Source: Neolecta irregularis DAH-3 (Eukaryota). Taken from it: a stretch of DNA of 40,553 nucleotides. The position numbers and the translations under genes were made by a program. This document shows, piece after piece, positions 11,024-24,000 of this stretch. Below the pieces are notes generated by a model. That model did not search any database. It was given only the letters and a program-made list of their open reading frames with translations, and was not told the DNA's origin. The stretch covers positions 1 to 40,553 of the forward strand of contig LXFE01002311.1 in the NCBI GenBank assembly GCA_001929475.1. Reading direction: 5' to 3'. Within the stretch, counting starts at the first letter, position 1, and each line of letters begins with the position of its first letter.

Positions 11024-12623
11024 ATGGACATTTGGTTTAAAGGATCTATTGAAGATGCTGTTGCCGCGTGTTTACAGCACAGTAAGCTTCTTGTAGTGTT
11101 TCTTTGCCGTACTTCGAATGTCTTTGCTCCTCAATTGATAATTCAGGTCGGAATGATGTAGATCAGGAATTTCTAGATCGGCTTTTAAACGATGAAGTAT
11201 GATGATTTGGGACATTGGTTTACGATTAGATCGCTCATCTTCTGCAACACCGAGCTATAGCTCTCAGGTTGGTTGAAGGCTCAGGGGAGTACAGTTTCTT
11301 TGACGCTCAATGTATTGCCGTTCAAAATCTAAAATGCTAAATTCTAGTCTCCATTCAATCTGTTCCTTCAATATATCTGCTCAAGTATTTCCAAAAAGTA
11401 GAAAATTGTCTAACCTGAAAAGAGGGGGCGAGGTCCGCTCTGTTTTTGCGAGTGATCTTACCATGGACCATTTCAAAGCTACGCTCGAGCTCGAGGCATC
11501 CGAGAAACCGCCTGCTGTTGACCTCATACGCTCCCTTCTCGCTGCTCAACAGTCGTTTCGCGCACCAACCGACCAGATACAACCGCCGACTTCCAATGTT
11601 CAAACCTCCGTTGAAGAATCCACGGCTTCAGAATCACAAACCCAGGACAACATACAACCAACGCAGATCTCAGAGAATGCAGAGTCACAAATGGAACAGA
11701 GAGAAGGAGTTCGTGGAACAAGGTACTAAGTAATGTTACGCACAGTTTTGCTAACACTTAGTCTCCAGGACCAACTAAATGAACGTCGCCAAAGGATCGA
11801 ATCAAACCAAACATCGCGGAAAGGGAAGCAGCCCGACAGTGGTGCACCCAACGGAGAGCCCCGTCGATCTGCCTCCCATCTAAAGTACCTTGAAGATCTG
11901 CAGACTCGACAGAAGCATGCAGCAGAAGAACGTAAAGCTATCCTTGCTCAGATCCAATCAGATAAAGAAGAGCGAGCAGCCAGAAATTGGCGAAATAAAT
12001 CGACTACAACTGAGCAACAAAATTTACAGCCTTCTCCAACCGCACGAAGACCTTGGAATTCTATTCCTGTCACTGCTTTGAATATACGGCTTATCAATGG
12101 CTCAAGTTTGAAAACTCGGATGGCAAACGAGAAAACTTTGAGTGATGTTCGAAAATATATTGACGAGGTACCCTCGTTGTATCGACGTTGCTTATTATTG
12201 AGCACCGCACAGATGGCGAAATACCCTATACTTTAGTCGAAGCACACCCAACGCGACAGTTCACTATTGCCGATGAACAGTTGACACTCCAGGAATTGGG
12301 ATTGCATCCATCCACGACATTGATATTAAAGGTAAAATTCATGTTTTGAGATCTAATTAACCAAGTCGCAGCCTGAACGATTATTTGCGGATGCATATGA
12401 TCCCACATATTATAGCTCTGGTATCCTTTCAACGGCATGGGCGTTCGTGAGTGGACTCGTTACCTCACTCTGGTGGCAAGGAACCGCTATTCGAGTTCCA
12501 GAAATCCCACAGCAGGCAGAACCTCATGTCGATTACGAGCAAGAAGAAAGGAATAGGAGCCATCCCCGAACAGTATGGGACAACGGAAACTCTATTGAGC
12601 AGGAGCCGCCTCCCCAAGACTAA
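11024..12623 (+). CDS. UBX-domain Cdc48 cofactor (UBXN4/Ubx7-like)
   Basis: N-terminal WFKGSIEDAVAAC, a coiled coil (ERKAILAQIQSDKEERAAR), the UBX domain IRLINGSSLKTR..PTRQFT..TLQELGLHPSTTLILK, and a terminal WDNGNSIEQEP motif. An alternative ATG lies at 11018. Confidence 0.8.
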
Positions 12624-12661
12624 TTGTTGTTGTTTTAGGATTCATCATGAGATATTTATAT

Positions 12662-14254
12662 TCATGATGTTTCTCTAGGTAAATCATTTGCAAGACTTTC
12701 AACCTCTTCCAATTCCCATCCTATGTCTCTCTTCTCCAACTTGAAGGCATGTATCTCATGTGCTAAACTTCGAATTACATTTTCACTGATCAGTCAGTCT
12801 AAGAGTATGGCATGAACTATACCTTGAACTTTGTATCCACACACAGTAATCATCAATTATGGCGCGGTTGTAGATGTAGCAAGTATCATGCCAGGCAAAT
12901 CTTTCTCGAATCACGAGTAATATCCGCAAGAGAGTTCGTTTTCCAAGACGAAAGCTACAATACACATCTTGCCAAACTTTCTCAATTAATTCCCAGTGTC
13001 TATACAACGGATAAGCCAATGCCCTCCGCGTGCAGGCATAGATGACGTCGGCCAACGTGGAAAAATATGAATCTAAACACGAAATTGTAGGCGAGAGTTT
13101 TCCTATAGTCCATGTTGATTCTGAGGTTGGTTCTCCGTGAGTGGTTCGAGAGTCATAGCAGTATCCAAATATCAAAGGAATCAGACATAGGTAAGTCCCC
13201 TTGAGATTGTCGATCAGGTCTAGTTTTTTAATTTGTGAATGCAAGGACACAAACATTCTTTCCGGGGTAACTTCATTAATTCGTCTTTTTCTTTTTCTGT
13301 GAATTCTATCCGAGGTAATTCTTCCTTGTTGTCTTGGGAAACATCAAGATATATGTCATGTTACACGGGGATATACCATCTTCTTGGAACTTGTGATCTT
13401 TCTGCCAGGCTCTAAGCTCTAACCATGGTTTTGATTTGCACTTGATATATTCCTTTATATCATCCGAGCTGACAAAGTCTGCAAGATAATACTCTTGGTC
13501 AAATTTTTTATCCTCCTTCTCCTTTCGTTCTAGACTCCGACTTTCGATTGTGCTTTGTTCCACAGAATCAATCTCGTTGATTTCATTTCCAGAAAGGACA
13601 TTTTGTGTAAATAATCCAGAGTACTGATAATTGAATCCATATCGTGCTGACAACTGGAGGTTCTGGGAAGGGTTAGAGAATAAAGAGGGGAGATACAAGC
13701 TTCCAACTCTTCAGTTTCGTCTGGAACGGCCCATTGAAAGTCCAAAATGTCAGCCGTTTCGGAAACCAAGATGGGCCGTACTCGCATCTCCGGGAACAGG
13801 TTCTCTATAAATATCCGTCCCTTCTTTTGTGGTTTGCGTGTTGATATCCCCCACAACCTCGATAAGTGGTTTGGACTTTTGCGGTTGTGTCTGTTGAGGG
13901 GTTTCCTTCCGAACGAGCAAGCGAGAAGTCAAATCCAAGTCGGCGAAATGTTCGCCTTTAGTTTCTTTTGCGAGTTTCACAATAATGAGGCCCAACGAGA
14001 TATCACAAGACGCGTGTGACCTTTCATCTTCGATCACCCTGCCGGGAAGGGTAAGACTTTAACCAAATTAGATCCCAGGGTTATCCCGAAATTAAGTTTG
14101 AAGCACAGTACCGTAAGTAATATGGACTCAGACTGAAGAGGAACAAATCTCCTTCAGCGTGTATTTCCACATCCTGCACCTTAATATTAAGCGCTTTGAT
14201 ATCGATATATAAAAATTCTTCGTCTTGTCGAAGATCGAATCGTGGGGTGATCAT
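12662..14254 (-). CDS. SHQ1: H/ACA RNP assembly factor Shq1
   Basis: MITPRFDLRQDEEF..FSLSPYYLR|LTLPG (CS domain), GEHFADLDLTSRLL, YGFNYQYSG, GEPTSESTWTIGKLSP and RRALAYPLYRHW. Confidence 0.93.
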
Positions 14255-14365
14255 TTTGTTTGTGGTGAGATTTTGCAGAAAAGGAAATAATACACTGTCG
14301 TCATTGTTCAGAATATTTTTCTATAAAGCGATCAACCCGCCAATCAATTGTTTTGAACTGCAGAC

Positions 14366-15173
14366 ATGGCAGCGGGCTTTTTTAAAAGAAGCGCCAATGT
14401 ATTTATGGAGAAGGCCCGTCAGGGTAACATTCATTTTTCGGAAAAGATTATTTATTCATTTACAGCGATTCGCATGGATGAGTTCTATAGATGGGATCGC
14501 GAGCTTCTAATAATGGATTTGATGTCAGCGGAGAGCGTGAAGAATCTCGCACTTGGCTGTGATAGAGATATTGGAGGCTTAAGCACCATTTCAGTTGATT
14601 GGGATCCAAACGAACAAGCGGCCCATTTCCAGGGTGACCTGTCGCTAGAGATACCAAACGGTTCACCTCTTAAGCGCTCTGGTTATTCGGCGCTCCGTAC
14701 ACTGCCTCCCAAACCGTCAATTTTTGGGATACCGTACTGGGACACCGTACGATTCAGATATCTAGGACTTCGGGTGAAGAGTGACGATCGTAATTATTTT
14801 GTTAATATACAAGCGGAATCTGGCCCGGCATCAGATCTCTATCAACACAGGCTTTTCTCCCGTAAACCTGGTCAATGGGAGACCGTATTGGTAAGTGGCA
14901 GGTCATACTGGCTCCTCACAGTTAGATACCGTTCAAGGATTTTGTATTAACTAATAATGGGGTCATTGAAGAAGAGCAAGTATCAATGGATCGAATGAAG
15001 GTTGGAACTGTGGGTATATCCCTCTTAGAAAGAAAGCCTGGGCCGTACAGTCTCCATATCCAGTGGATCAAAGTAATCATTTTTTCTGTACAAGCTTCTA
15101 ATCTACTCACCAGGCTGTAAACACCGATGATACCCACGGTGATATGTCAAAGCGGCAAGCGGGTCTGGCTTAA
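14366..15173 (+). CDS. CIA30: Complex I intermediate-associated protein 30 (NDUFAF1)
   Basis: GCDRDIGGLST, FQGDLSLEIP..RSGYSALRT, LRVKSDDRNYFVNIQ, DLYQHRLF..PGQWETVL|IPFKDFVLTNNG and PGPYSLHIQWIK. Confidence 0.9.
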
Positions 15174-15312
15174 AGAACCTGGGGTTCACTGGCGTCCTAT
15201 TTTTGCCATTTTTCTTACTATACTTTTGTAAAAGACTGTCATTCATAGTAAAGAAATATATTATCCCAACCTCAAGTACTACAATTAACGTTTGAAAAAA
15301 AGATTACAGGAC

Positions 15313-16504
15313 CTAATCCTGTTTGACCAACTCCATAAATCTTTCCGCAGACTGAGATACATTCATAGTATGCACAGTCCTACCGGACGCAGCCATCTGG
15401 CTTTTCGCAACAATCAGCCTTCGCAAGGTGGTATTATTTGGCGTTGCAACATTTAGCTGTTTCCCCAGACTTTCAATATAACCGTTAATATACTCAATTT
15501 CGGTGCTTCTGCGTCTTTGTATGTCCTGTAACATCGAACTCTTGTTGGATGCAGTGGCCCTTGCGATGTTGCTTACCTTTCTCAAAAGACCACCTTTTGT
15601 AAACCGGTCATCGCTTTCCAGAGACTGGATAATAGGGATATTAGAAAAGACATTAGCACATTCGAATATAACGCTTTCCAGTAACTTGCGGATGTGTAGC
15701 GCCAGTATATCGCCATTGAGGCATTCGAAGATAGCGGTCAGAGGATTTATAGCGCAATTTATTGCTAGTTTCTCTAGTTGAGCGAGTACAATTTCTGAAA
15801 ATGCTACCGAGGAGCACGATAACGAAGGTGCAGCATGCAGTAATCGTAGGATTTCGGCGGTTGATTCGGTATGTGGATTCCTTTCCAGAATCTCGGGCGT
15901 ACATGCCTCGTGAGGGCTGATAAAATTGTCCGGGTATAAAGGATGTGGAACAAGCCCGAGGAGAATTGTCCCTACGCCGGCATGAACAACACTGAATGGT
16001 TTCTCAGAGAAACATCCGTGTGTGTTGACACCCAGGAGGATATTGGGACGCCGTGTAGGATCGGGAAATAGAGAACGCTGCATTTGCTCGAGAATTCCCA
16101 TTCCGTTCTGCAAAAGCACCAAGGTGCTATCTCGGTTCATTCGCTGATGGACATAACTTAGGGCTGAAGTAGCATCGCAAGCTTTCGTCGTCACGATGCA
16201 GTTACTGATCAGAGACATGTCGATTCCTCCATAAGTTTCCATCCGCAGCTCTCGTGCACGATAGAATTCCGCTTTATAGCCGTCGCTGTGGGTTGCTACA
16301 TTCTCTCTTTTGACAGTAATCTCCCCGTTCCGTGCCATGAATTCATCTACCTGCCGCCTTCGGTGAAATTTGAGAGTGACAACAGGTGGATCCGGCAAAG
16401 TGCGCAATGCGTGGGCCACGAAGCATCCTGCTGTTGAGAAATATATTCTTCGCAGGGCATGTACCTATATTTCCGATACCAAGAAGGTGGATTCTAGCTG
16501 ACAT
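15313..16504 (-). CDS. PAN5: 2-dehydropantoate 2-reductase (ApbA/PanE family)
   Basis: MSARIHLLGIGNIG|CFVAHAL Rossmann start, LLQNGMG, EKLAINCAINPLTA and NKSSMLQDI..TEIEYINGY. Confidence 0.85.
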
Positions 16505-16736
16505 TTCATGGCGAGCAAATGACTGTGGATGTCGATTTGAACACAAAAGGTTGGATATATTTGGGATATCTGTATCTGAGTGGAGTTCGGGGTAAAAGCG
16601 ATCTGTTTTCGTGCAGGTTGAGTTGTCGTGGTGTTGTGGCCGAAATGGGTGTATGGAGGCGATTCGATAAAAATTGAAGAGTTCAGCCATTATTCACACA
16701 CCTCCCTCCCCATTGCCGTCATAGAATCTTGTAGCA

Positions 16737-17353
16737 ATGGATCCCGAAGACGTTTCTCATTTATCTGATCAGGTTCAAATTGACTTGGAAAAACTAGAAA
16801 AGATCATGGCAGAATTTGATATGGGCCCAGATTCATGTTCTTTGGCTGAACGCACATCCAAACTTCCTCTGTTGGATCGCGCACAGTTCTATATCACTTT
16901 GTCCTATGCTATCCTGTCAACATTGTTCTGTACGATACATTTCTCGCAAATTCGTATTAATCGGAAGCTTCTCTTAAATTACAGGGCGTGGATACCTCGT
17001 CTCATCCCATTTTGAAAGAACTCGATCGTGTAAAGATGTATTCCAAAAAGATAAAAAATATAGAAGAACTCACTGCCGGGCGTGAGATCCATTTACTGTC
17101 CATTTAATAGCTAGGTACTCTTAAAGTCGACCAAGAAGCTGCTGGACGGTTTCTCAAGGCAGCGTTAGTGGGCAACCAGGACAAAGAACCAAAAAGGGGC
17201 ATCCATACGCGATTTGGAGAGGACCCAGCAATAAATAAGCCTGAAAGATCTGATGCTGAGGAGCCGACTCAGAAGAAGAAGAAGAGAAAACAAAGTAAAG
17301 GTGGCAATTCTACAAAGACCAAGACAAAACACAAGCAGAAGGAAGATGAATGA
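16737..17353 (+). CDS. C1D/Sas10-domain nuclear exosome cofactor (Rrp47/Lrp1/Cti1-like)
   Basis: LPLLDRAQFYITLSYAILSTLF|..LKLQGVDTSSHPILKELDRVKMYSKKIK, LKVDQEAAGRFLKAAL, and a Lys-rich tail. Confidence 0.85.
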
Positions 17354-17498
17354 CTTCTAGGCATTAACAGGCTATTGGCGTACTTTGAACAAGCTTTGGG
17401 ATACACAGATGTATATAATGATATCGAACCAGAATTAGTGTTCTGAGTGGAGAATCCTTTCCAATTCTTCCATCCAATTACAAAACCCAACTTCCACC

Positions 17499-18077
17499 AT
17501 GCCTGTGCCGCCTGCTCCTGTTTATTGCCTCTAACGGAATAGCGACAAAGATCATCCGGTAGCCGATCCTCAGGCAATCGACGTTCGAGTTCTTCTCGTT
17601 CTGCCCCAAGTCGATCCGCCTCGACTACTTCTGCCCCGCGAAAAAATGCCCAGCCGCCCGCTGTACAACCGCAAGCCCCTCCGCCAGCTGTCCAGAATCC
17701 AGGAAATGGAGGAGGTTTATTGGCAAACATTGCCTCCACCGCTGCAGGAGTATAATTATTTCGAAACCTGACTCGGCGACTGACTTCACCCCAGGTTGCT
17801 CTCGGTCACACAATGGCCAATGCCGTCACCGGGTTTTTTGGGGGAAACAGCGAAGCGCCTGTCGAGGAGATCGCCTCGCCTGTCGCTCCTCAGCAGCAGC
17901 AGGCGCGGGCAAACGGTGCCTGTGATGCAGATGCTCAAGCTTTTGCGCGATGCATCTCTGAAAATCCAGGAAACACTCAATCATGCAACTGGTACATGGA
18001 ACAGTTCAACGTATTGTCAATGCCTCGACCTGTTGCTGATATTGCAGCTCTGCCAGAAGAACGCCAATATGTACTAA
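17499..18077 (+). CDS. MIX17: Mitochondrial intermembrane CHCH protein Mix17 (CHCHD2/10 family)
   Basis: MP|RQRSSGSR.. presequence, GGLLANIASTAAG|VALGHTMANAVTGFFGG, and twin CX9C (CDADAQAFARC..CNWYMEQFN|LC). Confidence 0.9.
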
Positions 18078-18320
18078 TCACTGGAAGAGGACCAGCCTTG
18101 TTATGAACAATAACTAAAGATGCTCTCATCTTTAATACTATGAAATTCATGACATACCCTTCCATTATTATATGCTAGTCTATGCCTTGCAATACAAATG
18201 CCGCTACATTCGAGTCCTGTCCTATTATAACGACCCAAAGTTGAAGAATTAATGATGATAACTCCGGCTTTCCCAAACCATGAACATGCAAAGAAAAAAC
18301 AAAAAACAAAAAGTAAAGAG

Positions 18321-21300
18321 TTACTTTTTTTCCTGAATGGCTGTTGTAATATTGATATACGACGATCCAGCGCTTGCAAGAGCCATTTTATGAGGATGAA
18401 ATGCAAGTGCAGAAACATTAGTGTTTCCATGAGGTAAAAAACCACTGTATTGTGAAAAGGTCGATAGGCACGACCCCGTCATATTCCATACTTTGACGAT
18501 ATGGTTGAGTGTTCCGCTAGATATCAACAAAATTGTGGCAAAAGCGTGTTTACGTTGCCATCACTGGTGCATGCTCATGTACCGCAAAAGACTTGAGAGT
18601 CTTGTGCGCATTGATTACACGAAGGGATTTGCTGTTGCGTATATCCCACAGTCGTATGTCGCCATCAACACTGTATTTGAGCGAGGAGTTATACGTCGTC
18701 ATCTTACCAGGCTGATGCAAGTTCCCTATTCCCTCCTCTTTGAAGATGAACCTTTGAGACCCAGGATTTATGTTCTTTCCAGGATCTAACCATAGAATCC
18801 CGAGGTTTATTTCGCTTGTCATAGACTCGAACAGCACCATCCCCGAAGCCGGCCACGAAGACGTTACCAGCGACTTGATCAGATGAAATTGAAGTAACAC
18901 AGGATCCAGAACGTGCAGGTATGTCCTAAAGATCAGTTTGGGAATTGCCATGTATATACATAGGCGCAGATTTCCCCTGGAGCATCCCAAACACGAATGA
19001 CCTTAACATCACCCCCTACGAGCAATGTTCCACGGCCTTGTTGCCATTCTGTAACAAGTCCACTTCCTCGATGATCAGATTTTACAAGGTCGGTTAAAGC
19101 TCTCCATGCTGACACGGGTTCGACTTCGTCATTCCAATAATTACGATATACCCTAATGATGCCGTCGCCTAATGTTAATGTAAACCCCTAAGAGCGGGCA
19201 TCCAAACCAGTTCCAAGCATCAATAAAGCGACATCATCTTCGTTGATGAATTTGATATCCGTGATTCTACTATCCGTAGGATTTCCTTTGTAAAACTTGT
19301 TTAATCTAATGCCATGTTCCCAGTCCCAGACACTATCAGAATAAGATCAGATAGTGTTATAGGTGTATACGCCACGCTGTCTCTATCGTCAGTGCAGACC
19401 AAATGTGATTCGTATTGGTGGAACAGGAGATGCTTGGCATTTGTTTCATTATTAAAGTATAACAACTGTATATTCCAAGGACTTGAACCTGGATATCAGT
19501 ATGTGAGTTACATGGATTTAATACCTGCAAGTTCTTTCAAAGGCTGTGTATCATAAATTATTTTCTCGTTTCGATTCCTCCGCCATAACCTTTGATTATA
19601 GTCTACACTTCCAGGTTCATCCGACTCTAACGCCTTGAAATTTAGAAATACATTGTAAATAAGCCATACTCTCATTTGAGGTTCCATGAAATATTCTTTG
19701 CTCCAGTCATAATAAGCGCCCTTTAATGGAATTTTTGAATCCGGACGACTATGCAAGGGATGGAAGTATTTTGGCATAGGCTGGACAGGCGAAGATAAAT
19801 AGATTTTAGGGGTGGAGAGCGATTCAGTATCCGAAGGTGCTTTATCGTGAACTGATCCTGGTCCGGAAGGAAGATCAGAATATCCAATTGCAAGATTTTT
19901 TAGAGAAACAGCAGAACGCTTGAGAGTATTGGCTAATCGGGAAGTTGCAACTCCGTACCTCAGAGTCGATTCTTCACTAACGCTGGTATGCGAACGAGGG
20001 GACTGACGAATGTCGTAAGAACTAGTCGCCCGTGAAGCAAGACCAGGACGTTGCTGACTTGGGGGTTTCGCGACATCTTGAATAATAGTCCAAAGACTCT
20101 CGGACAGTGAAGACTTTGTGAGATCCTCCATGATCAAGTCAACGACAACCTGGGCCATTTGGGCAATTTCCGGTTGAGGGTCAACAGCCAGGATTAACAT
20201 CAACTTCCACACAGCTGCAAAGATAGTTCCTCTACTCAACATTCCGATGAAGACGTCGTTTCGGTTTTGAGAATCGTTGATAACTTGTTGTTCTTCAAGA
20301 ACCTCGAGTGCAGTGACAAGGAATTTATCTTGATATCTCGAGATAAACGCCGACATGAATATCACGACTTCCTTTCGAACCATACAAGAACCATCGGAAG
20401 CCACCGCGAGCATCGCAGAGCCCAAGTATTGCTCAATGGCAGTAACTTGTTCCGAGATATCTGTTGCCCCAAGGAATGTAGTCAATGCAACCACAGAGGC
20501 GCAACGGACTTCAGGTACTGGATCTTCCAATACTGGACATAAAATTTCGTGAAAAGTCTCTGATATAGCAGCCATTTTCGCATCGTCGTTATCCTTCCAA
20601 AGTTCTGACAAACAAAGACAACTCCATTGTCGTAATAATGGATCTCCATCCTGCAGATTTCGCAAACAAGCCGCAAGCACAGAACAGGGTCGCAGACAGG
20701 CTGCTTGGGCTTCTTTGGATCCGCGGCAGAAAACGCTAAGAATGAAAGCACACATGGCCTTATGACTTGGAATGTTTTCCTCCGGTATGACACCACGTAG
20801 AGTATCGTTATCAGAAGGCAGAATGTTTGAGAAGTACGTATACCCATCGTCTTTAAGTAAGTCACTCTGACACGATCCATCCACAGCTAAAATTCTTGCC
20901 CAGATGAATATAAGAACGGGTTTTAGGTCTGGAACGGGGGATTGAAGCAACTTGAGCACATAAGGAAATATGCCGATCGACAATGCAAGATCGACAGCCC
21001 ATGGACCAAGGTCAAGGAATCGGCTCAAGAGAAACAACGCAGAGAAACGATGTACCTGTGACAGTAGGACCTGAAGAACAATCGGTAATTGATCTGGTGG
21101 CTTCCTAGACTTTGCGCCTTGATCAAGCCATATCCGGAACGCATTCAACTGCTCTGAAAAAAAGGTACTGTGTTGATATTCGTAGGGTTCGCCAGTTTTT
21201 TCAGCCTCAATCATCTTTGGTAGTTGAGCCAGACATGCATCAATAGCTAAATCCCAAGCATCCCACATAGAATGATTATAGGTAGGTGGTAATGGAGGTT

Positions 21301-22683
21301 CTGAAATAGGAAGACATTGATGAATTCGCATGATACGTTGAGCGAGAAGAAAGTTTCGAAATAAAGCCGCGACCATGAGATCCTGCCGAAACAACTTTTT
21401 AAACAAGGATTTTGGCAAGACACTCCAAGCGATTGTATCTGTAATTGCTGTAAAAATCCAATTCAGCTCTCCAAGTGGTGTTCTTCGATCCTGTAGTTTC
21501 CCAGGAATCTGCTCGACGGCTTCGACAGAAATGTTCATTGGGATTGGACTCTGTAAAACGAACCACCGGACGGCAATCTCGATGGGAGTAGTCAGACAAG
21601 ACGTAAATAGATCCGCGGGTAAATCGGGGTTCATTGGAAGTTGTTCGTTTGCTTGACATGCTGCGAGATGGATGCAATCACGGTGTGACGGTCCTAGCAG
21701 AGCTCCTTCCCCCAAACGAGCCATCCTCGCTGATTCATCATCTCGTTGTTGTGCGAATCGCTTGAAATTTGTTACAATATTCCCGCTTGCATTACAATCC
21801 CACACATACAAACATGGCGCACCGAGCCAGATTTGGAGATCATATAGCGATACAGGAATATACTGCGTATAGCTTTTGTTGAAGACCCAAATCTCTCCAC
21901 TTGAAGTGGGCTTTGGTACACCATGTCCATTATAATGGAACAATACTCGCTCTTCTTTGGCACTCCGGCGAAGGTTGCAACAAAACTTTTTCGTATCCTC
22001 TACAGAGGGGTCGAGATGGGGCTTATACCGAGTTCGCATACTAAGAGATTCATATTGTTGCTGAAGATGTTTTCCAATTTCATCAATTGCTTTTGGTGGT
22101 TGATGACCGGTGGGATCGAGCCAGCATTCGAGCTTCGCGCATGGATTGGTTTTTACGATGTCTGGAGGATCGACTCCAATGTTTAGACATAGTACGAGAG
22201 CCGCTGCAACTGTTTTCAGGCGATCCTTCATGCGCCAATCCTGACCGTCTTCAATGCCTTCTATCACCTTTGGATTTCCACATGTCATATGCCGTTTGTC
22301 AGTAAAGTACATATAATAGACCTAGGTTATTAGAATTCTGATATACTGTGGCACTAGCATACTTGATTCAGCATATCAAGAAACTCTTCCGTTGTATCTT
22401 CATCTAGGCCATGCCTCAATTGGGATAAGGCAGTAGTGTTATTTGCCCAATCCAATTCTCCATTATTTTCACTGGCGACGCTCGGCTGATGAGAGTGTGT
22501 CGAATTCACGGTGTTACTTCGAGTGAGTTGGCCATGCGAGCCATCTTGAGAGGCACGCTGTTTCCTGGAGCTCGAAGACGAATTATTAGATAAATTTAGA
22601 AACGATCCGTCCTGTGATGAGGGCCTGGAAGAGGGCCGGCGGGCGTCGCTGGTATTGAACTGGGCCGAAACTGGTATGTTCAT
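18321..22683 (-). CDS. KOG1: TORC1 subunit Raptor (Kog1/Mip1)
   Basis: RNC domain WRMKDRLKTVAAALVLCLNIGVDPPD and ERVLFHYNGHGVPKPT, HEAT repeats, and C-terminal WD40 exons ending ALAFHPHKMAL..QEKK*. Confidence 0.97.
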
Positions 22684-23012
22684 TGGCAGTGAGTATTTGG
22701 CAACTTGAGCCCGTTCAAGTACACAGCGTCAGCTGCCACACGAACTGGAGCGGGCTGAAATTGGACGAGGCGGAAAAAATCAATACGGAAGAGACAGAAT
22801 TGGTGGAACCAAAAACAGAGTTCAGAGGAGGTCAGTTATGGATCGAGGGTGATGTCCACTTTGCCTCCATGTTAAGAGAAATAAACATGAACAACGCTGC
22901 AAGTCCAATTCTCTATTTACAATAGTCTAGAAAGGTCGGAGCTGGATTTCAAGACCAACAACATAACTTCGACGCCGCTTCATCTGTTTACTTGGTGTAT
23001 AGCGCGTTTCCA

Positions 23013-23885
23013 CTAGTAGTACAGTGAAGTCTCGAGCAGGTCGTAATGACCCGGTCTGTAGAGACATGTAATAACTGCATGTTGCGCGGATCTCGTCCCA
23101 AACTCATGCACAATGGCTTTATCGCCTTTGCTCCGGTCCAGATAATGGATATCAACTTTAACATTAAGAGCACTGACAAGAGCGCTGATCATGACGTGAT
23201 CTGATGTAAGGGAATATCCATTTTAATTAATAGTATACCTGCTTCTCGACCCATTGCCTCAATATTCATCTCGCAATAGCTCTTCAAGTCCATCTCCAAG
23301 AACGGCGCATAATCATCCTGATGAGTCTACACCATCAAAGCGCATCCATAAAATTCGCTAACCTTGATCCAGGCAGAAGTGAGAAACCGTAAATAAACTA
23401 CAACTGCATTTGATTCTTCTGGGTTGTTCATGATCGATTGAAGATCGCCTCCAGGTAATTTCTCGACAACTTCAAATAATATATCTGAGAAGACTTCATA
23501 GGACAATTCTTCAAATCGTGCATCTTTCAACACCTGAATCGAGGCTTTGAGAGCAGATGACGTATCTGAATTATGTTGCGATAAGAGACCATATGCGAAT
23601 GTTCTATAAAAGCAATCTCCATCTCCACGGATCTTTCGGTATGTAGAGAATGTCTCGGATAGTTCCTGGAGAATGAATCTAGCCAAAATCAGAACTGAGT
23701 ACTCTGATTTTCTCTGAGAAAACAGAGTTCCCTTGATATTCTTGAAGAAGTTCATCAAGCGAAACCGGTGAGCTTACTAGAGGTATATCTCCTCTAACCT
23801 CCTGGAGCATTTTCTGCTCCAGATCTATAATCTGTTCATCTGTTAGTTCGGTTTCAGATTGAATTTGATCTTTTGATGTCGACAT
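23013..23885 (-). CDS. Otubain-family deubiquitinase (peptidase C65, OTUB1-like)
   Basis: YRKIRGDGDCFYR catalytic Cys motif, SNAVVVYLRFLTSAWIK, IEAMGREA|DHVMISAL, and LYRPGHYDLL catalytic His. Confidence 0.9.
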
Positions 23886-24000
23886 GTGGTTGAAAGGGAA
23901 GAAAATAAAGTGGGGTTAACATCGTCGTCACAATTGTTTCAGTTCTTTGCAAAGCAACATAAAACTCCAACATAAATATACATTTTACCCTCAAGCACAC

